NCBI GenBank assembly: GCA_964529025.1
Contig: CAZGUZ010000001.1
Span: 70,163 to 134,162 of the forward strand
Direction: 5' to 3'
DNA: 64,000 nt
Source of the DNA: an uncultured Candidatus Saccharibacteria bacterium
Lineage (GTDB): Bacteria > Patescibacteriota > Minisyncoccia > Phycocordibacterales > PALSA-1337
The position numbers were made by a program, and so were the translations under genes. The notes beneath the pieces were generated by a model. The model searched no databases. It was not told where the DNA came from and saw only the letters and a list, made by a program, of their open reading frames with translations. Positions 39,709 through 50,296 of this stretch are shown piece by piece. Within the stretch, counting starts at the first letter, position 1, and the number at the start of each line of letters is the position of its first letter.

Positions 39709-40838
39709 GACTTTAAATTGAGTAACTGCATAATACCATAAGCACGCTCACCCCAACTATATTTTTTTGCCAATTCTTGTGCTCTATTTGATTTTTGTCG
39801 ATCTGAACTTAGGGCGGCTATGAGTGCCTTTTCGCAACTCTCAACATTATCAGGTTCCATAAAATAAACAGCATTCTCGTCAACAACTTCTTGTATTGCG
39901 GGCACTCGCGAAGCGACAATTGGTATACCGCTCGCCATGTATTCGAAAAGCTTCAGTGGTGATGTATATTCTCGAGCAATAATATCACGAGCTGAATTGG
40001 GTATAACCGCAACTTGAGCAGACTGAATGAACTCTGGAATCTGGGAGTAATTTACATGCCCAAGAAATTTAACTGACGGATGATTATATTCTTTTTTAAA
40101 CTGCTCGATGAGCGACTTAGTTCCACCAACCATATAAAGCATGCTCTTCCTCATAACAGAATTTTGCGAGTTTATAAAAGCACTGAGGAGTGTTCGCACC
40201 CCCTTCCAATCGTATAAATGGCCTGTATATATAATTATTGAACCTGTATCTGTGATTCCCACCCTTTTCCTTGCCTCTCTATAATCAATTCCCAAAGCAA
40301 ACATTTCGTAATCTACCCCATCATGAAATACTGCCGTGCAAGAATGTGGAACTTCTTTGAGAAATAGTTGTCGCAAACCATCCGATATAGTAATTACTTG
40401 CACATTCTTTGATAGGAATCTCCACCAAAACTTACCTCTCTGAGTATGCACCTCGAGAACAACTTTTCTCTTTAAAAGCATCCACAGCATCGCAATAATC
40501 TCGTCACGTGTATATACAACTTCTGAGAGGAAAACACTAGGTAAAAACATCGTTCGCAAAGTAAAAAGTACTATTTGCAAATAGTATCCGATTTTTCCAA
40601 AATATATAATGAAGGGTGTATAGAGTGAGATAATTGACACTTTCTCATCAATTCTATGTATGTCTCTTATCTTTTGTTCAATATCTTTTTCATGAAAAGA
40701 GTATCTCATTGTGACAAGACTCACATCAATACCCTGTTGAGCAAAAGCTGAACACATAGCTGAAATCTGAACGCCGTGAGCTTTTTCAGTAGGAAATCTA
40801 TTATGCGCAATATAAGCAATTTTTATTTTCTTTTCCAT
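39705..40838 (-). CDS. GT4 glycosyltransferase
   Basis: FPTEKAHGVQI, YTGHLYDWKG and TSPLKLFEYMASG motifs. Confidence 0.9.
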   Translation of the reverse strand: MEKKIKIAYIAHNRFPTEKAHGVQISAMCSAFAQQGIDVSLVTMRYSFHEKDIEQKIRDIHRIDEKVSIISLYTPFIIYFGKIGYYLQIVLFTLRTMFLPSVFLSEVVYTRDEIIAMLWMLLKRKVVLEVHTQRGKFWWRFLSKNVQVITISDGLRQLFLKEVPHSCTAVFHDGVDYEMFALGIDYREARKRVGITDTGSIIIYTGHLYDWKGVRTLLSAFINSQNSVMRKSMLYMVGGTKSLIEQFKKEYNHPSVKFLGHVNYSQIPEFIQSAQVAVIPNSARDIIAREYTSPLKLFEYMASGIPIVASRVPAIQEVVDENAVYFMEPDNVESCEKALIAALSSDRQKSNRAQELAKKYSWGERAYGIMQLLNLKS

Positions 40839-42385
40839 ATTTCGTAGCGACTCACATTTGAGTCAAAATAATACTGCTCATCATCTTCTGGAAAGACTTC
40901 TTTTGAGTATCCTTGCGGTAAAACAAAATAATCAGCACCCGCATTCTTTGCATTTAAAATTGCACCTTCACCAACCACAAGCGATTGTGTGATCTTCATA
41001 TATTGATAATACTCATGTGACCCTAGGAAGGTTGCAACTTCGGGAGTCTGGTATAAAAACACCCTTGAGTCTTTCTGTATGTCTTGAACCCACTTCTCTA
41101 GATCAAAAGAACGTGTTGAATCCTTATACACAAATATCCACGAACTCGTAAACATGTAGTAGAGCTGAATTGTGAAAAGTAAAACTATAATAATATATTT
41201 TCCGTACTTTAAACTAAATACCAAAATGCTATTTGAATAGTTAGAAAATAAATCCTGAATATTAGAACTTAATCTTGTAATTGAAATCGCAAAAAATATT
41301 AATGAGATAAATTGTGCAATAAAGAAATAACGGTAATACCCTGCAGTTCTTAGAAAAGCAACGAGCACTCCCAAACTTAAAAACCACGCAACACACTCTA
41401 TAATTGATACCTTTTTCTTATTCCACACAAGCAAAGCCAAGCCTATGCTCCATGCTAAGAATAATAACAACGTGTGTAATGGTTGAACCTCGGTAAAAAA
41501 TAATCTGGCATTATGCCAAAATGCCAAAATTAATTCATTATGGTGTGGATTTGAGTATACCGACCAAACAGCAGCTAGTGACTGCTTATTAAACTGATGA
41601 TTAAACCATGTGCAGAGTGGCACCATAATTCCACTAATCACAAGCAAAAAATTAAAAAGATATTCTTTAAAGAAAAGTTTCTTAACTCTTATATATTCAT
41701 AGACTAGATAGTAAACAAAACCGGTTACCGTAGCGATTAGTGCCAAAATATAAATAGGTTTTGTTGCCACAGCCAAACCAAGTGCAGTACCTGCAGCAAA
41801 CACAACTAAATATCTAACACGAGAGCTTTGTATTTTTGAGTAGACCAACCCAAATATTGCAGATAGAACAAGCCAAAACATACCCGGAATTTCACCGAGG
41901 ACGTTTTTTCCTTGTCCATAGAGAGGAGCAAAGCTCACAACGAGCATAAGGGTTGAACTAGTCACAAAACGAGTCGATACATCGTAATAACGAGCAAGTA
42001 ATTGCCCAACAATGACTATAGAAGCCATGAGCAGCATAAGGTATATAACCATTACCGACCGTGCAACAAAGAGAGACTGGCCAAACACATCAAAAGCAAT
42101 AGCGATCGGAAAAGTTACTGGATAGCTTGTGGTAACATACCAACCTGTTTCAAATACACCTGGAGCACTCTGGAGTACAACTTTTCCATTAAGCCAAATA
42201 TTTCGTGCAACTTGAATAATAATCCCTTCATCCATCCAAGTCGGAGGTGTTTCGGTTAGCCTATAGGTACTTAAGAAAACACCGAAGATACAGCACGTAA
42301 CAATTAGAAAATACCATGCCGCAGTGGTGTATTTAGACTTAAACAGTTCGAGGTATTTGTTCAAGGAATTCACGAGTAAATACAT
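40823..42385 (-). CDS. ArnT/PMT-like (GT-C) membrane glycosyltransferase
   Basis: PPTWMDEG loop, VARSVM, LGE and GLAVATKP; many TMs. Start uncertain because the track start overlaps the upstream gene. Confidence 0.75.
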   Translation of the reverse strand: MYLLVNSLNKYLELFKSKYTTAAWYFLIVTCCIFGVFLSTYRLTETPPTWMDEGIIIQVARNIWLNGKVVLQSAPGVFETGWYVTTSYPVTFPIAIAFDVFGQSLFVARSVMVIYLMLLMASIVIVGQLLARYYDVSTRFVTSSTLMLVVSFAPLYGQGKNVLGEIPGMFWLVLSAIFGLVYSKIQSSRVRYLVVFAAGTALGLAVATKPIYILALIATVTGFVYYLVYEYIRVKKLFFKEYLFNFLLVISGIMVPLCTWFNHQFNKQSLAAVWSVYSNPHHNELILAFWHNARLFFTEVQPLHTLLLFLAWSIGLALLVWNKKKVSIIECVAWFLSLGVLVAFLRTAGYYRYFFIAQFISLIFFAISITRLSSNIQDLFSNYSNSILVFSLKYGKYIIIVLLFTIQLYYMFTSSWIFVYKDSTRSFDLEKWVQDIQKDSRVFLYQTPEVATFLGSHEYYQYMKITQSLVVGEGAILNAKNAGADYFVLPQGYSKEVFPEDDEQYYFDSNVSRYEIWKRK

Positions 42386-43421
42386 AGGTACAGAATACTC
42401 GAATATTAAGGTATTGGTCAAATGCAGCTCGTGCTTTAATTTGCGCATCACTAACGCCAGATGAACCTTTAATACGATGCCATTCTGCAATTTCTGTATC
42501 AAGCCTGTCGATATTTTCTAAAGGAACCTTGACTACGAAGTCATCGTACCGAATCATATTCTCAAGCGGAAACACAATTTGTGTATCAAGGACTACAGGA
42601 ATCTTACCGAGCGACAGCGCCTCAAAAAATCTTACCGAAAAGTTTCCGTCCCCTTTTGGAGCAAATGCATACGCGCAGGAATCCATATTTGCAATATACT
42701 CAGCCCGAAGCTCTTGTGGTTTACCCTTCAGCGTTTTAATGCTCCCCGTATACGTAGGTCGCATAATAATCTTTGCAATAACCTCATTCGACTTTTTGAG
42801 TACATCGATACCAATTCTTCTGAGCACAATACCTGGCCTACGAGCTGCTAAATGCTTAATAAATTGACCGAGTGCTGACCAGAGTACATCTTTAATGAGA
42901 CTTGATACTTTAGTCTTAATACCCGATGCTTGTGCCCACCCACAAAATGATACTGTGGCCTTTGTGGCTTCATGTGTATCATGTTGCTCTGTATTGCTGG
43001 TATACAAAGCAGAGATTTTTCTAAGGTCATGTGCATATGCTGGCATCACAACTTCATATGGTAAGAGTCGATCACGATACTGCGAAGATCGAATAACAAT
43101 TACCGACACTCCCGCCGGAAAAAATACATGTTCGTTAGTGTCACCAATAACAAAAACAATTACTCGTTTTGAATGCTCACGGGCCACTTGAGCAATGTGC
43201 GCAATATAATCATGCTCGTGTAAAATTGCTGCCCATGTATGAGGAACACAAATGTAATCGCTCCATGCAGGATTTGTAACTACTTCGGCAGGCAAAACAT
43301 AATCCTGCCAAATATCAGGCTCACCGAAAATATTTTTTTGTGTTTCGGTATGACCCAAAACTGATCTGAGTGGATCAATTATAGTCTTCCCTTCGCACTG
43401 TGGAATATAGAGCTTAATCAT
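42339..43421 (-). CDS. Exostosin-family (GT47-like) protein
   Basis: EYIANMDSCAYAFAPKGDGNFSVRFFEALSLGKIPVV...PLE matches the exostosin C-terminal signature. Confidence 0.82.
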   Translation of the reverse strand: MIKLYIPQCEGKTIIDPLRSVLGHTETQKNIFGEPDIWQDYVLPAEVVTNPAWSDYICVPHTWAAILHEHDYIAHIAQVAREHSKRVIVFVIGDTNEHVFFPAGVSVIVIRSSQYRDRLLPYEVVMPAYAHDLRKISALYTSNTEQHDTHEATKATVSFCGWAQASGIKTKVSSLIKDVLWSALGQFIKHLAARRPGIVLRRIGIDVLKKSNEVIAKIIMRPTYTGSIKTLKGKPQELRAEYIANMDSCAYAFAPKGDGNFSVRFFEALSLGKIPVVLDTQIVFPLENMIRYDDFVVKVPLENIDRLDTEIAEWHRIKGSSGVSDAQIKARAAFDQYLNIRVFCTYVFTREFLEQIPRTV

Positions 43422-43424
43422 AAA

Positions 43425-44420
43425 CTACTTTAATGGCTGTAATGGTTGCACTACGGTTACCATCGCAAAGTCTTTAGAATTTGGTAGTAGCAAAGAAACT
43501 AAACTAGCTATTGCATACAAACACGTATATAGAGTATACACGGCACCGACATACATACATACTTTAACCTTCTTTATACCATGGGCAGATCTAATATTCC
43601 TAAAAATATGAAGCGCGCCAAGTTCATACATTAATGATGGTCGCTTATTATACCAACGTGTAACCACACCGAATCCTAGCTCCTTGAAAAGAATATCGAG
43701 GTTTGAATCTGAAAATTGAAATAAATGGTGTGGAGGTGTAAACGATGATACGGGAATATTAAACAATTTATAGAGTAGCTGCGTAGAGCGCGCCCAATAA
43801 CAATTTAAGTTTGGTGTTGAAATAATGACATATCCCTGCGGATGCACTATTGTTCGCACCTGCAACAAAAGATCACGTGGCGAAGGTACATGCTCAATAA
43901 CATCCCCCATGTGTACCATGTCACACGATCCTTCTTTAATTTGTGCATCTACTAAAGTGCCTACAAATACATTCAGATTATGACTATTCGCAACCGCTGC
44001 AGTGCTTGCATTGAGCTCGACACCGCAAGTTTTGTAGCCACGTTTTCGCGCCGCAAAAAGAAATTCCCCGTTTGAAGCACCGATATCACAAACTAAAGCT
44101 GATGTCGCATTTAAGCCTGACCGAGCAGAGCTTGCCTGAACAGAATCTATAAAATCGAGAACCTTAGAAAAAGCTTTGGTGACCTTAACTTTTGAAATAT
44201 CTTTAATCTTATTTGCTTGATAGCCGACATTCGACGAATAAACATTCTGTGCCAAATCTTGCTGGGTGGGTTGAGGGTGTACAAAAACCAGCGAACAACC
44301 TGTGCACTTATATAAAGTAAAGCCATCCTTAAGAGCATGTGCACACGAGCTACAACCACACACATGACAAGTCACCTGAGCTTTTATGTACTGACTATCT
44401 TTTGATTGAGGCTGCTGCAT
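43425..44420 (-). CDS. SAM methyltransferase with N-terminal zinc ribbon
   Basis: CHVC..CTGC, DIGASNG, DVIEHV, STPN and PPHHLFQF motifs. Confidence 0.88.
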   Translation of the reverse strand: MQQPQSKDSQYIKAQVTCHVCGCSSCAHALKDGFTLYKCTGCSLVFVHPQPTQQDLAQNVYSSNVGYQANKIKDISKVKVTKAFSKVLDFIDSVQASSARSGLNATSALVCDIGASNGEFLFAARKRGYKTCGVELNASTAAVANSHNLNVFVGTLVDAQIKEGSCDMVHMGDVIEHVPSPRDLLLQVRTIVHPQGYVIISTPNLNCYWARSTQLLYKLFNIPVSSFTPPHHLFQFSDSNLDILFKELGFGVVTRWYNKRPSLMYELGALHIFRNIRSAHGIKKVKVCMYVGAVYTLYTCLYAIASLVSLLLPNSKDFAMVTVVQPLQPLK

Positions 44421-44424
44421 ATTG

Positions 44425-45462
44425 TTACTCTATAGTATAGCCCAAACCGCATCGTTCGCACACATTACGCAGTACATACCGCATACGGGCCGCAGATGAA
44501 TGGTGTTTAATTAAATCTGAGTATGCCCTACGATAGTCCTCTTGTGATACCTTGTTTGCCCTTACAAGCAGCATCTTGAGTTTTTCATCAATATCGAGCC
44601 CTGAAGAAAACTCTGCGTATAACTCTTGTGGCAAACCTATTTCATCAGGAAAATTAATATCAATTTTTTGCGTAAGCAAGAGTGCCCCTGATCCTAGAAT
44701 TTCCCAGAAGCGCGCAGTATCAAATCCTCCTCCACTGATCGAAATTCCAACGCGCGCATTTGCCAACTTTTTATAAAATCTCCATCGTGACAAAAAACTA
44801 TTTGGCGAAAGAAAAGGTAGTTTAGTTGATGTGTTCCACACACGAAGACTCCCTTGTGCCTTAATCATTTCGACATATGAAGCAATAAGTTCTCGTAGCG
44901 GTGGGTACTTTCTTTGTCCAAAGACAGAGATAATATCATACGATCTTTCTTTTAAATTTTTATCTAAAGAGTATTTCGTATAAGCTCTTTCAATTCCATA
45001 CGGCAATGGCAATACACCTTTGACATAAGGTTTTTCTCTCCTAAAGTACGCAACACAGCGTTTGAGCATATCAGTATTAATTGCACCCTGCTCTTGGTAA
45101 GAGCCCTGCTCAACTTTTTGAACAATCTGCGGCTCAAGTCGTTTATTGTGACCGAGCTCAGAACCATCAATGTAAGCAGTAATGTTATAGCGCCCAATTA
45201 TATCTACGAGTTCTTTATGATCATGAACTTTGCCCCAGCAATACAAAATAACATCGGCAGATCGAGCAAATTTAATAAAATTATCATCATTGAGCTCATG
45301 GCATGAAATGCCAAAGTGCCGCGGATTACCACTCGTATACTTAACGTCTTTCACTATTCCATCTATTCGAAGCTGTTCTAAACCATCGACAACCGTGCGG
45401 ACAAGGTAGTCTTCTTTTCCACCCGGCGTAATAACAGCAATAGTAATTTGAGTATTATTCAT
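44425..45462 (-). CDS. GT-B fold glycosyltransferase-like protein
   Basis: C-terminal GISISGGGFDTARFWEILGSGALLL...HHSSAAR. Start set at MNNT after TGCTATAAT. Confidence 0.65.
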   Translation of the reverse strand: MNNTQITIAVITPGGKEDYLVRTVVDGLEQLRIDGIVKDVKYTSGNPRHFGISCHELNDDNFIKFARSADVILYCWGKVHDHKELVDIIGRYNITAYIDGSELGHNKRLEPQIVQKVEQGSYQEQGAINTDMLKRCVAYFRREKPYVKGVLPLPYGIERAYTKYSLDKNLKERSYDIISVFGQRKYPPLRELIASYVEMIKAQGSLRVWNTSTKLPFLSPNSFLSRWRFYKKLANARVGISISGGGFDTARFWEILGSGALLLTQKIDINFPDEIGLPQELYAEFSSGLDIDEKLKMLLVRANKVSQEDYRRAYSDLIKHHSSAARMRYVLRNVCERCGLGYTIE

Positions 45463-45469
45463 ACCTCTA

Positions 45470-46564
45470 TTATAGCAATTTAAGCCCAAGGCTATTTTGG
45501 TGATTTAAACGATCGATACTATTCTTTACCTGCTCGGGCGAACACAATGGAACTACAGCGCCGCGAGCTGCAGCACCGAGCTCTCGCCTTTTTCGATAAT
45601 CTTGTGCCAGCAATCGAATACTCTGAGCTAAAGCTTGATGATTACCCGATGGAACTCCAGTAATACTTTTTTCGGGAGTAAATATTTCTCGCAGAGCACT
45701 CGTGTCTGCACTAATAATAGCCTTCCCCATTGCTGCATATTCATAAACTTTATTAGGAATTACACGCTGTGTTTTTTCTGTATCTCCAAAAATTCCCAAG
45801 CAAATATCACTTTGAGCAATGTAGGCAGGTAGCTCAGTATAAGGAACTCGTTCAATAAAATGTGCCGATTCTACGCCGAGCTCGTGCGCAAGCTGTACCA
45901 TTGAGTTCTTAGTATTGCCCCTTCCAATAATTGTGCATACGATTTTTATATCCTTAAGCAGTGCCAATGCTCGAATAATAGTATCGATGCCTTGCAACGG
46001 AATATAGCTTCCATGAAAATGAATTCTTATTACGTGCTCATCATTATGATTTGATACTATTTGGCCGTACTTATTAGAATCAAAAATCTCAAGATCGGTT
46101 CCAACATAGAGCGGTGCAATTTTATTCACACTCACGCTAAAAGTGTTCGCAAAAAACAGTGCATGCTCTACTGTATCGGTAATAATTGCATGGGCACAAT
46201 GTACAGAAACGTAATCGTACACATAATCCCTTATAGCACGGAGACTCCAGCGTGAATATAATTTTCTATCAAATACATTAGAATCGTAGAGCGAAGTAAA
46301 AGCGTCAAAAATAACAGGGCAAGAAAAAAGTAGTCGAGCAAGTGGCACCACGGTCTGACCAGGAAAAGCAACCCATACAAAATCAAAGGCGTTTTCTACT
46401 TGCAGTTTACGAACTTTTTTAACTAATTCAACATACTTTGATACACCAGATTTTCGAGGATCCACACAACATTCAACTACCTCACCCAACTGTGACAAAC
46501 CTTTTATAACAAATTGATTTCTTGGGTAATGAGCATCGTATATTCCAATGAGGCAGATTTTCAT
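45470..46564 (-). CDS. GT4 glycosyltransferase
   Basis: FHGSYIPLQG and LGIFGDTEKTQRVIPNKVYEYAAMGK motifs. Confidence 0.88.
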   Translation of the reverse strand: MKICLIGIYDAHYPRNQFVIKGLSQLGEVVECCVDPRKSGVSKYVELVKKVRKLQVENAFDFVWVAFPGQTVVPLARLLFSCPVIFDAFTSLYDSNVFDRKLYSRWSLRAIRDYVYDYVSVHCAHAIITDTVEHALFFANTFSVSVNKIAPLYVGTDLEIFDSNKYGQIVSNHNDEHVIRIHFHGSYIPLQGIDTIIRALALLKDIKIVCTIIGRGNTKNSMVQLAHELGVESAHFIERVPYTELPAYIAQSDICLGIFGDTEKTQRVIPNKVYEYAAMGKAIISADTSALREIFTPEKSITGVPSGNHQALAQSIRLLAQDYRKRRELGAAARGAVVPLCSPEQVKNSIDRLNHQNSLGLKLL

Positions 46565-46569
46565 ATGCT

Positions 46570-47616
46570 TTATGAAAGTTGGGCTATTATTTTGTGTATC
46601 ATGTGATCCAAATTTGATAGCTTTGAGACTGAATTGTATAAAGAGTCTGTGTATTTTTCAACCGGTTCTCCTCCATTCCATACCCACACTAGTTCCTGTG
46701 CAATCTTCTGTATATCACTTAAAGAAACGATGTGTTCTGTATGACCACTAAAGTACTCTTTAAATGCCGTATTTGCAACTACCACAGGCACTCGTGCAGC
46801 CATACTTTCAAGCACAGCTTTATCCAAACCGCCTGGCGGACAAAGGTTTACAGAAACATGCGACTGATAAAGCTCGGATGTGAGCTCAGAATTCTTTATT
46901 GCTCCTCTCCACTTAACTCGATCTTGAATACCTTTTGCAAGAATCAGCTCTTTCAATTTGTTCAGGTATTCAAAATCACTTTCAAGAACAGGCGCTCCCA
47001 CAATATGTAATTCATAATTTATCTGAGCGGGTAATAAACTTGCAGCTTCAATAAGAATATCGATATTTTTAATTGGAGTAATTCTTCCGACGGTAATTAT
47101 TTTAAATAGCTGTGGTTGCGAAACAACTTTAAGTTGAGGCCGAGAGAATTTATCGAGTGGCACAGACTGCCCCATATAATTAACCTTATGTGACGGCAGA
47201 TTAAAACTTTCTGGTGTAGCGGTAAAAACCTTATCGACAAGCATGTGTGCAAGTCGCAATTTAAAATCAACTGAACGGTGCACATACCACAAGGCCAACT
47301 TTTTATTAAAAATCTTTGCCCAAGGAAAACTAAAGACTGCATACCAAGGACTCATGTGTGCGAAAATAGCATCGTACTCGGTTCGGTATTTTGATAAGAA
47401 ATACACCAAACGAGCCATATACTTAAAGCGACTCTTACCCTTTTCTTTTCCAAGACTTACAACCTTAACATTATGAGGAAGGTCGTAGGCTCCGACTTCG
47501 AGTGAAATGACAATTACTTGTTCGCACTCACGAGAAAACCGAATTAGCCAATCGTGAAAAAAGGCAAAGTAACTATCATTCTTATCGACTTTCTGTGTCA
47601 GGATGAGTAACTTCAT
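46570..47616 (-). CDS. GT4 glycosyltransferase
   Basis: VGRITPIKN and GGLDKAVLESMA motifs. Confidence 0.88.
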   Translation of the reverse strand: MKLLILTQKVDKNDSYFAFFHDWLIRFSRECEQVIVISLEVGAYDLPHNVKVVSLGKEKGKSRFKYMARLVYFLSKYRTEYDAIFAHMSPWYAVFSFPWAKIFNKKLALWYVHRSVDFKLRLAHMLVDKVFTATPESFNLPSHKVNYMGQSVPLDKFSRPQLKVVSQPQLFKIITVGRITPIKNIDILIEAASLLPAQINYELHIVGAPVLESDFEYLNKLKELILAKGIQDRVKWRGAIKNSELTSELYQSHVSVNLCPPGGLDKAVLESMAARVPVVVANTAFKEYFSGHTEHIVSLSDIQKIAQELVWVWNGGEPVEKYTDSLYNSVSKLSNLDHMIHKIIAQLS

Positions 47617-48136
47617 GCTGAGTATTTGTAAAGATTAAAAACTTATAAACAAAGAAAGAAACGAAAGCCACAGTAAATGCAGCCATAAACTGAGCAGCAA
47701 CCACTGGCCGAATATTAAGTACTGCAAACGTAAGAATATCTCCCCCTTGAGCAAACCACTCAGCGAATGACTTACCCGAAACACCCAGCTCCATGAGAGC
47801 TATCACGATAGCAGTATTAAGCAAAAGATTCATTACCGAAACAATAAAATACTTTGCCACTTGTTTATGAGCTTCTGTACCTTGAGTACGATCCTGGAAT
47901 GTCCAATACTTTTGGAGTGAATAGCTAACGCCAAAAGCGGTTAAAAAAGCAATGTTAACGCTCACTACATAGAAAAGCTTTGTATATGAATCAAGAATAT
48001 GCACGAGGCCCAAATTAACAACAGCTGCTGTTCCTCCGGATACAACATACTTGAATATCATCACTCGGGCTTTATAGAGAGTGGCACAAGCTGAACGCAT
48101 TTTAACTTTCAACGAGACCGTATTCTGAGTATCCAT
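47582..48136 (-). CDS. GtrA-family polyprenyl-phosphate-sugar flippase
   Basis: KYVVSGGTAAVVN, SYSLQKYWTF and KFLIF; 4 TM. Confidence 0.85.
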   Translation of the reverse strand: MDTQNTVSLKVKMRSACATLYKARVMIFKYVVSGGTAAVVNLGLVHILDSYTKLFYVVSVNIAFLTAFGVSYSLQKYWTFQDRTQGTEAHKQVAKYFIVSVMNLLLNTAIVIALMELGVSGKSFAEWFAQGGDILTFAVLNIRPVVAAQFMAAFTVAFVSFFVYKFLIFTNTQHEVTHPDTESR

Positions 48137-50296
48137 TTAATTAGTTTTATTCTTCGACAGATTAAGTATACTATTCGCCATCTTTTTCACAATATCCTGT
48201 TCATTTTCTTCATCAAAAACAAAAACCTTATCGGGCTTTTCAAGGGCAAGTTCTTCGGCAATGCCAACCTTGGTAGTTATGAGCGGAATACCTATATAGG
48301 CAGCTTCGGCAAGTACCAAGCCATATCCTTCGTACAAAGAGGTACTGATTACGTAATCAGCTTTCTTGTAGTAATCAAATACGTATGCAGTAAAGCCAAC
48401 AAAAGCAACATCATTTTGAATACCTAATTCTTGTGCTTTTTGTTTAAGACTCTGTTCTAAAGAACCTGAACCAACAATAGTGAGTTTATTTTTGACTCCA
48501 TTTTGTATGAGCTCATGCGCAATAGCTAATGCCATGTGTACTCTTTTTTCTGACTCTAAGCGTGCAATTACTAAAAGTTGTAGTGGCTCGTCTTGTTTTT
48601 TTCTGAGCTCTTTTTGTTGTTCAAGCCAAATCTCTCTTTCGTGTCGTACTGCATCAAGAGCAACGACATCTACTTCTATAGGACGTACCACTATTCGATC
48701 TGCCGAAACACCCATATTCTTAATTAAGAATCTTTTAAGTGTATGCGAAACAACTCTAATATGAGTAGCGCAACGAATTATGATTTGTGAACATACATAA
48801 CGCAACCAATTGAGTTGAGAGTGTTCCCTAAAATGCACACTCGATAAGTCAGTATGTAATTGCACTTCAAAAACAAGTTGTGACTGATTGCCAAAAATAA
48901 GATTCCGCATGCTCATAATTACGTATACAATGAGACCTACCACTCCTGTTTCAAAAGGATCTTGGCAAGTTATCTTTGTTGGAATAGGCCTTTGAGCAGC
49001 AACAATGATTGCATCAAGAACGTATAAAAACTTCGAGCTCGACTGTGTTGAGTACACCGTACAGCGCTCGCTTAAAATTAAAGGCTTACGTTGCTTACCT
49101 TGTGAAAAGACAATAATATCAAGGTCTGACATATTCTCTGCATACTGAATGTGACGAAGTGCAACTTTAGAAGATTCCTCAAGTAAATTTCTATCAGTCG
49201 AAATCATAAGACATCGCTCACCCCGAGTATGGTGCAAAGAAAACTGAGTATGAACGACAGCAGTACGAATAATGTCTTGTGCAACATTTTTCCAATCCCT
49301 CTTTTCTTTTATTTTATACTGCTCCGCTCGAGCACAAGCCTCTGCATAGCCTTGCGGAGAAGCAAGAGCCGTGAGCGCATTCGCAATACTCTGAACATTC
49401 ATAGGGTCCACAACTGTTACATAAGGTCGAATCTTATCGAGGATTCCGCACTCTTCGGTAACGATACAAGGTTTGCCATACGACAATGCCTCAAGAATCA
49501 TATTAGGACTAATATCGCCTAAAGAAACTTGTGCAACCACATATGCAGTTTGCATTTTTCTATGTGCTTCGTCTTTTTTAAGCGGACCGAACAGAACATC
49601 CATTTCAGGGTATTGCTGCCGCACCGCATTAACTGCCTTTTGTAAAACATCGTTATTCTTCCAAACAAGAGGACGCGTTACTGCATATACAACTTTAGAT
49701 GTTGTTCTATCACTCACCATCTGCTCCACCCCACTCACACCTTGCACTAAAGCGTTATCAATAACAGTTACATGTTTAAGGCGAGCCAAACCATAAGGGC
49801 CCGTAAATATATTTTTTTGCCACTCTGTGCTAAAAGCAACAACATCGGCACATCTATATGAAAACTTTATCAGTTCAAAGATTATTTTTTCTTTGATATT
49901 TAAGTACGGGAGCTCGGTTGCATAAAAGTTTCTCAGTAATACCTTTTTGCGAGTTCTTTCAACATACCCTTCCCATAAAAAATCTCCACCTGTGCGAATG
50001 ATAGATGGCACACCAAGAATTTTAGCCGCTACGACAGCAGGAACAGCGGCGCTAAACGTATCAACAACAATAGCGATATCTGCCCCTCGAAGGAGCATTA
50101 ATGTTTTCCAAAAATATACAAGGTGTCGTATTCCAATAGGAAGAGATCTTTCATAGGTAAAAGTAGCAATTGCCACATTGTGACCTTGTTCACGATATAC
50201 TTTTTCAATTTCTGAAGAATAGAGAGCCGGACCACCTGTATGAGGTGGATATATTCCTGTTGCAATAACAATTGAATATTTAGGCTCGTTGTTCAT
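48137..50296 (-). CDS. Tandem double GT4 glycosyltransferase fusion
   Basis: First GT-B unit: GIYPPHTGGPA..DISPNMILEAL. Second unit: MISTDRN..ARLESEK..EGYGLVLAEAA. Confidence 0.82.
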   Translation of the reverse strand: MNNEPKYSIVIATGIYPPHTGGPALYSSEIEKVYREQGHNVAIATFTYERSLPIGIRHLVYFWKTLMLLRGADIAIVVDTFSAAVPAVVAAKILGVPSIIRTGGDFLWEGYVERTRKKVLLRNFYATELPYLNIKEKIIFELIKFSYRCADVVAFSTEWQKNIFTGPYGLARLKHVTVIDNALVQGVSGVEQMVSDRTTSKVVYAVTRPLVWKNNDVLQKAVNAVRQQYPEMDVLFGPLKKDEAHRKMQTAYVVAQVSLGDISPNMILEALSYGKPCIVTEECGILDKIRPYVTVVDPMNVQSIANALTALASPQGYAEACARAEQYKIKEKRDWKNVAQDIIRTAVVHTQFSLHHTRGERCLMISTDRNLLEESSKVALRHIQYAENMSDLDIIVFSQGKQRKPLILSERCTVYSTQSSSKFLYVLDAIIVAAQRPIPTKITCQDPFETGVVGLIVYVIMSMRNLIFGNQSQLVFEVQLHTDLSSVHFREHSQLNWLRYVCSQIIIRCATHIRVVSHTLKRFLIKNMGVSADRIVVRPIEVDVVALDAVRHEREIWLEQQKELRKKQDEPLQLLVIARLESEKRVHMALAIAHELIQNGVKNKLTIVGSGSLEQSLKQKAQELGIQNDVAFVGFTAYVFDYYKKADYVISTSLYEGYGLVLAEAAYIGIPLITTKVGIAEELALEKPDKVFVFDEENEQDIVKKMANSILNLSKNKTN

